Positions 57,157 through 64,000 of a stretch of 64,000 bases of DNA are shown here, piece after piece. The translations under genes and the position numbers were made by a program. This DNA comes from a virus. Taxonomy: Duplodnaviria; Caudoviricetes. The notes under the pieces are model-generated. The model made no database searches. It was not told where the DNA came from and worked only from the letters and a program-made list of their open reading frames with translations. Location: positions 34,614-98,613 of IMG/VR virus record IMGVR_UViG_3300028888_000006; one strand, 5' to 3'. Each line of letters begins with the position of its first letter. Position 1 is the first letter of the stretch.

Positions 57157-58200
57157 ATGATTACCAAGACCAAGAAAACGAGTCTTCCCATCAGGCGTGA
57201 AGATATTGACATTACTGATGCCGGTATCATAGCGAGATACATGGGAATAGACTCGTTTCCTTGTTCTATCTCTTCCCCGCTCCGTGATGATGACCATAAT
57301 CCGTCTTTCTCAATGGTTGAGAAGGAGGATGGTACGGTTGTTTGGAAGGATTTCGGGACCGGAGATGCAGGTAATGCGACATCTTTGATGGCCAAACTCT
57401 GGAATGTGACATATTCCGAAGCTCTCCTGAAAATCAAACTTGACACGGGGACACAGATTCCTCGTGTCAGTTTGGTCAGGAGATACAAGGGGAAGATTCA
57501 TGTCACGAGCAATTCCTCCATCAAGGTCCGCGTCAGGGAGTGGAAGGATTGGGACAGGGAGTTCTGGAGAAGTTTTGGCATCACCGAGCAGTTTGCCAAG
57601 TGGTGTAATGTCTATCCTATTTCTCATGCGTTCTTCACCAGAGAAGATAACAACGGATTCACGAGTACCGTCTCCATTCCGATGGACAAGTATGCCTATG
57701 CCTATTTCGAGTGGAAGGACGGCAAGCAAAGCGTGAAGCTTTACCAACCATATTCCCAGACGATGAAATGGTTGTCGAAACACGATGCATCCGTATGGGA
57801 TTTGTGGAAGCATGCTTTCAGGTGGGCGGATAAGAATTCCGATGAAGCAGTCATCATTACCTCGTCCAGAAAGGATGCGATGTGTCTCTGGGAGAATCTT
57901 GGTGTTCCTGCTATGTCCTTGCAAGGAGAAGGTTATCTGCCAAAGCCACAGGTGATGAAACAGGTGCTTGAACGGTTCAAGACGGTATATCTGTGGTATG
58001 ATAATGACTTCAAGCATAAGGAAGACAATCCCGGTCAGAACAATGCGAAGAAGATTATTGAGTTATATCCGACGATAAAGAACATTTGTATCCCGTCGGA
58101 CTATCAATGCAAGGACCCGAGTGATCTATATAAGACTTGGGGTTATGAAATCCTAAAAGAAGTTTGGAATGAGCAAAAAGAAATACAAGATTCCGGTTAA
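57157..58200 (+). CDS. DNA primase
   Basis: SPLRDDDHNPSF...KDFGTG; SSRKDAM; YDND; KDPSD. Confidence 0.85.
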   Translation: MITKTKKTSLPIRREDIDITDAGIIARYMGIDSFPCSISSPLRDDDHNPSFSMVEKEDGTVVWKDFGTGDAGNATSLMAKLWNVTYSEALLKIKLDTGTQIPRVSLVRRYKGKIHVTSNSSIKVRVREWKDWDREFWRSFGITEQFAKWCNVYPISHAFFTREDNNGFTSTVSIPMDKYAYAYFEWKDGKQSVKLYQPYSQTMKWLSKHDASVWDLWKHAFRWADKNSDEAVIITSSRKDAMCLWENLGVPAMSLQGEGYLPKPQVMKQVLERFKTVYLWYDNDFKHKEDNPGQNNAKKIIELYPTIKNICIPSDYQCKDPSDLYKTWGYEILKEVWNEQKEIQDSG

Positions 58201-58354
58201 TTTCACTACGACTATTACTATTGATGTGAATTCGGATGACAAGGACGACGCTATGGCTGATGCCGAATATGAGGCGTCGATGATATTCTCCAATCTCATG
58301 TCGGAAGGTTCTCTCCATCCGGCAGATTTTATCGCAGAAGCACAGGAGCCATAG
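58169..58354 (+). CDS. Hypothetical protein
   Basis: Small ORF chain. Confidence 0.55.
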   Translation: MSKKKYKIPVNFTTTITIDVNSDDKDDAMADAEYEASMIFSNLMSEGSLHPADFIAEAQEP

Positions 58355-58355
58355 T

Positions 58356-58553
58356 ATGGAAGAAAAAATGCCCGATATCCAGTATATGGATATGTTCTAT
58401 TTTCGTTATTATTTCGTGCCGTGTCCATATTGTCAAAAGTTTCAAGCGCTTGACAAAGAACAGGTTTATGTAATTCCAGCGTTTATTGGCGAACAGCAGG
58501 GTTGTTTTGTAAATGCCGAATGGGTTGGTAAAGATTACGAAGATGAAGACTGA
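58356..58553 (+). CDS. Small CxxC protein
   Basis: VPCPYC. Confidence 0.5.
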   Translation: MEEKMPDIQYMDMFYFRYYFVPCPYCQKFQALDKEQVYVIPAFIGEQQGCFVNAEWVGKDYEDED

Positions 58554-58722
58554 AGAATTAACCGAAGTTCTTAACGCCGGTATTGAATGTCCAATTTGCA
58601 GGACGATTCTTTATGAACAGGAACCGCAAGGTGTCTTTGTTGGACAACCAGATATTCATTCATTTACTTGCGATAACTGCGGTATTTCCATAATCATCTC
58701 TAATTACTTAGAAGAAGAATAA
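58543..58722 (+). CDS. Zinc-ribbon protein
   Basis: CPIC...CDNC. Confidence 0.55.
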   Translation: MKTEELTEVLNAGIECPICRTILYEQEPQGVFVGQPDIHSFTCDNCGISIIISNYLEEE

Positions 58723-58940
58723 TGGACTTTGAGAAATATTTGTCGGAACTTGAATCCGATAAAACAATTATTTTTAACCTTCAAAAGAAGTATCATTCTT
58801 TTCTCATTGAGCATATGAAGAAGAGAAAGAATGAACGCGACTCCTCATGGAATAAAACGCGCAACATGCTTTTTCATATCTCCGGCGCTTTGTCGATGGC
58901 GGGCAACGGCATTCGGTCTTACTTAAAAGATGACAAGTAA
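58722..58940 (+). CDS. Hypothetical protein
   Basis: TAATG coupling at both ends. Confidence 0.6.
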   Translation: MDFEKYLSELESDKTIIFNLQKKYHSFLIEHMKKRKNERDSSWNKTRNMLFHISGALSMAGNGIRSYLKDDK

Positions 58941-60214
58941 TGGATTTTGAGAAAGTTTGTACAATCTTTACGATGCAGGAGCCATATTATGGTATCTTGT
59001 TGTCGGCAATGGACAGGTTTCCCACAAATGAGACTAAGACGATAGGCGTTCGTCGTTCCGGCAATGTGTTCAGGCTTGGCTATAATCCCGACTTCATTGA
59101 AGACAAGGATCTGCCTACGATGATGGCGTTGTTGAAGCATGAGACTCTTCATCTTGCCTTGAACCATTTGACTCTTTGGGACGAGACTAATTGCAGTGAT
59201 GAGGAACATTTTCTTCATAATCTTGCAGGCGATCTCGAAGCGAACTGTTACATCGACTTCAGCAACGTGAAAGGAATTAATCCGATGCTTCCGGAAAAAT
59301 TCGGCTGGGATAGATCGCTTGGTACGATGGAGTATTATAAGCGTCTTTGTCAGATAATGCCTCCGCCACAGCAAAAGCTGGCTAATCAGCCCAATAATCC
59401 GTGTAATGGCGGGCAGGGAGGTCAGGGCGAGCAGAATGGACGAGGAAAGTCTAACGGTAAAAAAGATAAGAATTCTTCGCAATTGTCCGAACAAATGAAA
59501 CAGTATGAGGACGATGCGATGGATGACCATTCTAAGTGGCCTAAGGGAATGACTGAAGAGCAACGGCTTGACACGAAGCAGGCTATCGATGATCTATGTG
59601 TGTTCGCCGCTGAAGAAGTCGAAAAGAGTTGCGGTAAGATTCCAGGAGAGATGGTCGGCAGAATAACGGCTATTCGCGAGAAGAAGAAACCGAGACCCGT
59701 CACCGATTGGAAGAAACACTTCCGTCGTTATATCGGTAATGAGTTCTCCGATCAGATCAAGAAATCCCGCAAGAGAGAATCCATGAGATTCCCCGATGCC
59801 GCAGGAAACCGTCACAAGCGGAAATCTCATATCCTTGTCGCCATTGACACTTCCGGTTCGGTATCCATGCCTGAATATCGTGAGTTCCTTGGTCAGTTGA
59901 GGACGATGAAGGATATTACTTTCCATGTGGTGGAATGTGATGCCTCGATTCAGTATGAATACGACTTCAATGGAACCATTCACGAGAAACTGCATGGTGG
60001 TGGTGGAACCAGTTTCTATCCGCCGATCAAGATGTATCTGGACAACCGCAAGAAATATGAAGGAATCGTTTATTTCACTGATGGAGAATGCGAAGTCCCT
60101 AATATCACGCCTAAGGAAACCCTTTGGGTCATTTCTTCGAAAGGCAGTAAAGACAGACAGAAATTCTCCAGAAACGGAGCGAAGGTATTATTTATCCCGC
60201 CTAAACAACAGTAA
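58940..60214 (+). CDS. Metallopeptidase-like + vWA protein (DUF2201-type)
   Basis: HETLH; DTSGS MIDAS motif; GGGGT; YFTDG. Confidence 0.88.
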   Translation: MDFEKVCTIFTMQEPYYGILLSAMDRFPTNETKTIGVRRSGNVFRLGYNPDFIEDKDLPTMMALLKHETLHLALNHLTLWDETNCSDEEHFLHNLAGDLEANCYIDFSNVKGINPMLPEKFGWDRSLGTMEYYKRLCQIMPPPQQKLANQPNNPCNGGQGGQGEQNGRGKSNGKKDKNSSQLSEQMKQYEDDAMDDHSKWPKGMTEEQRLDTKQAIDDLCVFAAEEVEKSCGKIPGEMVGRITAIREKKKPRPVTDWKKHFRRYIGNEFSDQIKKSRKRESMRFPDAAGNRHKRKSHILVAIDTSGSVSMPEYREFLGQLRTMKDITFHVVECDASIQYEYDFNGTIHEKLHGGGGTSFYPPIKMYLDNRKKYEGIVYFTDGECEVPNITPKETLWVISSKGSKDRQKFSRNGAKVLFIPPKQQ

Positions 60215-60215
60215 A

Positions 60216-60392
60216 ATGGAAGTAAAAGTAGGAGATAGAATCAGGATTATCCGTCTCAATGATCCGTATGCACTCAACAGTTACAACGGAAAGGAAGGTG
60301 AAGTTCAGCATATCGACAGCCTTGGTCAGCTTCATGGCACATGGGGCGGACTTGCTGTTATTCCCGAGGAAGACGAATTCGAAGTATTATAA
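60216..60392 (+). CDS. DUF4314-like protein
   Basis: GDRIRII...G.V.HIDSLGQLHGTWGGLAVIPEED. Confidence 0.7.
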   Translation: MEVKVGDRIRIIRLNDPYALNSYNGKEGEVQHIDSLGQLHGTWGGLAVIPEEDEFEVL

Positions 60393-60671
60393 ATGAAAAG
60401 AATTATCAACACGCTTCAGCAGTTTCAGAGCTGCGCACTCGACAGAGGGATTTCATTTGACCTCGATATTACGGTTTCTCCAGAAGAGACCAAGGCTCGA
60501 GTTGCAATCCATTCCACGGCAACAGGTATCGTTGATGACCAGCGGTACATGAAGGCAACCATTAGTTCGGACAATGATGAGCTGTTCGCCAATGCCGTGC
60601 TGTCGAGTATCAGCTCGTTCATCGACCAGATCAGTACATCTCCAACCTATAACTATAAAGAAGAAGAGTAA
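60393..60671 (+). CDS. Hypothetical protein
   Basis: Operonic ORF. Confidence 0.55.
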   Translation: MKRIINTLQQFQSCALDRGISFDLDITVSPEETKARVAIHSTATGIVDDQRYMKATISSDNDELFANAVLSSISSFIDQISTSPTYNYKEEE

Positions 60672-60673
60672 TT

Positions 60674-61939
60674 ATGGCTTACACTGTTTCTATGAGAGAA
60701 GTGAAGAAGCTTCTCAACTATGCCATTGACAATAATCTCAAACTCGAAGAGAAGGGCGTTACTCCTATCGCCGTTTCTCTCGAAGCCGGTGCCGGTATCG
60801 GAAAGACTTCCGTGGTCCAGCAGGTTGCCGAAGAACGCAACATGCAGTTTAAGAAGATTTCCCTTCATGAGCTTGACGAGGTCGGTGACCTCATCGGTTT
60901 CCCGGTAAAGGAATATGAATGCCAGATTCTCCAGCGCTATCAGGACGAAAAGGGCGAATGGAAGGTGAAGACTATGCCTACGCTTGTCTGGGTGAACGAG
61001 AAGCAGCTTGGTGAAGCTCCCGGTCCGAATATGAAGTATCGTCAGACCGGAAAGAACAGAATGGCTTATGCCAAGCCCGCGTGGGTCCCTGATTACAGCG
61101 AGAATGGCACTATCGTCGTTCTTGATGACTATGGACGGGCTACCGCTCAGCTGATGCAGGCCTGTATGGAGCTTATCCTTACCCAGAAGTATGTCTCGTG
61201 GTCTCTTCCGAAGAAGACTACCATCGTGATGACCGCCAATCCAGACAACGGCGACTACAATGTCAATTCTCTGGATGAGGCTCAGCGCACCCGGTTCCTC
61301 AACTTCCCCGTGGCTTTCGACCTTGATGCCTGGGCTCTCTGGGCGGAGAAGGCGAAACTCGATGGTCGTTGCATCAACTTTGTGATGAACTATGCCAACG
61401 AGCTGTTCAGCTCCGACGAGGACGGCAACCATATCTGCAATCCTCGTTCTTATGTGATGTTCGCCAATATGATTTCCGGCGTGAAGGACTGGGAAGTTCC
61501 CGAGAACCTCGAGTTCATCAAGCTCATCGCGAAGGGTTGTTTCAAGGATGAAGGTGGACGGTTCAACGACATCTTCGCGTCGTTCATCCGTAACAAGATG
61601 CATTTGCTCATTCAGCCGAAGGAAGTTCTTCTTGGTGACTGGAAGACCATCAAGCAGAAGCTGGAGGACACGATGTATGACGGCAACGGTCAGTATCGTG
61701 CCGATCTCGCATCTCTTATCGAACGGAGATTCGTTAACTATGTCTCGCTCTGGCTTGACTCTGAAGGAGAAACGCCCATCAGCAAGGTGGTGAATCGTAT
61801 TGTTGATTTCATTGACAATGACAAGATGATCTTCAATCAGGATCTGCTGATTCATATGATCAAGACCATCACCTCCGATCATAAGCGTCAGACGCAGAAA
61901 TTGTTGTATGAACCTAAGATTGCTAAAATCGTAATGTAA
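60674..61939 (+). CDS. MoxR-like AAA+ ATPase
   Basis: AGAGIGKT, GDLIGFP, LDDYGRA, TANP, LDEAQRTRF, NPRS. Confidence 0.88.
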   Translation: MAYTVSMREVKKLLNYAIDNNLKLEEKGVTPIAVSLEAGAGIGKTSVVQQVAEERNMQFKKISLHELDEVGDLIGFPVKEYECQILQRYQDEKGEWKVKTMPTLVWVNEKQLGEAPGPNMKYRQTGKNRMAYAKPAWVPDYSENGTIVVLDDYGRATAQLMQACMELILTQKYVSWSLPKKTTIVMTANPDNGDYNVNSLDEAQRTRFLNFPVAFDLDAWALWAEKAKLDGRCINFVMNYANELFSSDEDGNHICNPRSYVMFANMISGVKDWEVPENLEFIKLIAKGCFKDEGGRFNDIFASFIRNKMHLLIQPKEVLLGDWKTIKQKLEDTMYDGNGQYRADLASLIERRFVNYVSLWLDSEGETPISKVVNRIVDFIDNDKMIFNQDLLIHMIKTITSDHKRQTQKLLYEPKIAKIVM

Positions 61940-63030
61940 TGGAGAAAACAATTACTCATACTTACAAGAGACTTTATGTCGTAGATCTTACGGTTTATGG
62001 AAACGGAGCATGTGACAGATCTTGCATCTGGGAGTGGACAGGAAGAGACGTAAATAACAAGATGGCTTGTTATTTTCCTGATAGTAACAATGATTTTCTC
62101 TCTGAACTCTATTTTGAGACGAAAGGTATCAGCGTTACTCCGAAAAGCAGATTGTTCGTTTCCAGTGAATGCAAGGTATCGCGAGACACTTATAGGAATT
62201 CCGGCTATTCGATTACCCGTGACAAGGCTAACGCGAATATCATCGTCGTGCCTGATATCATTCAGCGCTTGTATGCGTGGAAAAATTGCAACATGGTTGC
62301 AGTAAACGAGGATGAAGAAAAATTATATCTGGTTCGTGTTGAAAAGCATGGATATGAGCCAGGCATTGATTTGGGCGATAATGAATTCCTCATTGCCAAG
62401 AATTTCCTCGAATCTTCGATGAAACTTACGGTCGACAAAACCAGTGTTTCCAATTTGCGGGTATGGTTTCTTCCGAAATGTGAAACCCTCGTAGATTTGA
62501 TGACCGGGAATAAACTGCCGGTTCCGTATGTTCAGGAAAGCAAGATTCCTATTACGGCTTCGACGAAGATCAGTCCCGAGACGCTTGTTCTGTGGGAAAA
62601 CATTGAAGACGAGAACCTTCTTGTCCGCACGATTTGCACAAGCGATTGGAGAGATTACCCGATAACTGTCCTTACGCTTCTTGTCGGATTCAGAAAAGAT
62701 ACCAACTGGTTTAATCCGGCTACCGGAGATTTCAGAAGGATTCTTCAGGCCATCGGATATAATTATACCACTTGGTATTATAATGACGAGGACAGGGCGC
62801 TTGGATTTTTGCAGGGTAAGAAGATTTCTCCAAAGGATTATGAAATGCTTCAGAACTACATTTATTGCAGGCTCGGAGTTGATCAGAATGGAGGATTCAT
62901 TTCTCCCGCGCAATATGCCAGTCTTCCTATCTGCATTCAGAGAATCATGAACCGAAGGATTGCCGTAAAGCCATTCAATCTTCCTGAAAGGATGAATTGT
63001 GTCGATCTCATGACGGTTCTGAGAAAATAA
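61939..63030 (+). CDS. Hypothetical protein
   Basis: 363 aa, TAATG-coupled to the MoxR gene. Confidence 0.7.
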   Translation: MEKTITHTYKRLYVVDLTVYGNGACDRSCIWEWTGRDVNNKMACYFPDSNNDFLSELYFETKGISVTPKSRLFVSSECKVSRDTYRNSGYSITRDKANANIIVVPDIIQRLYAWKNCNMVAVNEDEEKLYLVRVEKHGYEPGIDLGDNEFLIAKNFLESSMKLTVDKTSVSNLRVWFLPKCETLVDLMTGNKLPVPYVQESKIPITASTKISPETLVLWENIEDENLLVRTICTSDWRDYPITVLTLLVGFRKDTNWFNPATGDFRRILQAIGYNYTTWYYNDEDRALGFLQGKKISPKDYEMLQNYIYCRLGVDQNGGFISPAQYASLPICIQRIMNRRIAVKPFNLPERMNCVDLMTVLRK

Positions 63031-63041
63031 TTAAGGTTGGT

Positions 63042-63073
63042 CTTGCGGCATTATAACAATTTTGTTATATTTG
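63042..63073 (+). promoter_or_regulatory. Bacteroidota-type promoter
   Basis: CTTG-N20-TATATTTG. Confidence 0.7.
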
Positions 63074-63236
63074 CTGAAGACCAACCAATTAACAGATGAA
63101 CAAAGGGAAACCGCACGATGCGAATCGGAGAAAGGCAGTCGGTTCTTATGCTTTCTTTTTATCGCTATTCATGCAATTTTCTTAGTCAAGTGTGTTACCT
63201 GCCCTGGTTTCCCTTTTTCTTTTAATTACACCAATT

Positions 63237-64000
63237 ATGAAATCACTGAAAGAATATTCCCTCAATCTTCCCGAACAGGAGTATCACGATTATCCCGCGT
63301 GGTCTTATTCCATGATTGCGAAGTATGCGAGGAATGGTTTCTCTGCTATTGCTACGATTCATGAAAAGACGAAGCCCACCCCCGAGATGGAATTCGGTTC
63401 TCTGTTCGACAGCATCCTGACGAAAGGAAGGAAGACCCTGGACGACTATGCCGTCGCCGATTTCACCGTTCCACCCGCAGAGAAGGGCGTTCTGGACATC
63501 CTTGCCAGCACTTCCACCTTCAATCACTTCGAGGAGATCCCGATAGAGGAGGTCATCAACGCCGCGGAGTCGGTCAGGTATCAGCCGAACTACAAGCCCC
63601 AGACCCGTTACGACAGGATCGCGAAGTATTCGGATTACTACGACACGCTCAAGTCCGGGAAGAAGCTGGTCTCGAAGGCTGACTGGGACGATGCGGTGGA
63701 GATGGCGAGGATTTTCCGCACGGACCCGTACCTGAAGAATCTCTTCGGCACGAAGAACACGGAGGAGGTCGAGTACATCTACCAGCCGCAGTTCGTGGTC
63801 ATGTACGAGACGAAACTGCACGGGAAGGTCAAGGTCAAGTGCATGTTCGACCTTCTCGTCGTGGACCACAGGGCGTTGACCATCCAGCCCGTGGACCTGA
63901 AGACCAGTTCGATGCCCGCCTACGACTTCCCGGATCATTTCGTGAAGATGCGGTACGACATCCAGGGAGACGAATACTCTGACGTTCTCCGCATGGTGCT
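63237..64000 (+). CDS. PD-(D/E)xK exonuclease (RecE/ExoVIII-like); runs off the window edge
   Basis: Hand-translated: YH...SYS...FGSLFD...KCMFDLLVVD...DLKT...YDIQ; not in ORF track. Confidence 0.8.
   Translation, partial: MKSLKEYSLNLPEQEYHDYPAWSYSMIAKYARNGFSAIATIHEKTKPTPEMEFGSLFDSILTKGRKTLDDYAVADFTVPPAEKGVLDILASTSTFNHFEEIPIEEVINAAESVRYQPNYKPQTRYDRIAKYSDYYDTLKSGKKLVSKADWDDAVEMARIFRTDPYLKNLFGTKNTEEVEYIYQPQFVVMYETKLHGKVKVKCMFDLLVVDHRALTIQPVDLKTSSMPAYDFPDHFVKMRYDIQGDEYSDVLRMV

Noticed and set aside
1-64000. Stop-codon reassignment (TAG or TGA), known in some crAss-like phages
   Set aside because: Core genes are intact in the standard code, TAG and TGA end genes at sensible places, and no suppressor tRNA is seen.

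Overview
64 kb of a crAss-like (Crassvirales-type) phage of a Bacteroidota host, using the standard genetic code. Positions 1-46.2 kb are transcribed leftward: tail muzzle/ring/hub genes, auxiliary and major capsid proteins, scaffold, lysis genes, fibre, portal, large terminase, dUTPase, GroES-like protein, a self-contained operon of unknown function at 27-30.8 kb, a modular fibre cluster and a multi-domain putative ejected protein. After a divergence point near 46.2 kb, genes run rightward: small ORFs, a tRNA(CAU), intein-containing DnaB-like helicase, free-standing LAGLIDADG endonuclease, AAA ATPase, SF2 helicase, primase, vWA/MoxR pair and a PD-(D/E)xK nuclease. Main candidates: (1) a regulated operon around a Gly-rich, coiled-coil, Cys-Cys-Cys protein with its own promoter, palindromic operator, HTH gene and terminator; (2) a muzzle gene split by one in-frame TAA with about 730 aa of Ig-like domains inserted; (3) a polymorphic-toxin-like virion polyprotein (pre-toxin, ART-like, lysozyme, xGG motifs); (4) a ~9 kb GATC/AGCT-free fibre island containing a CotH-kinase-like 2031-aa protein; (5) a ~310-nt structured ncRNA candidate. 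All family calls come from motif recognition and synteny by eye, not database searches.
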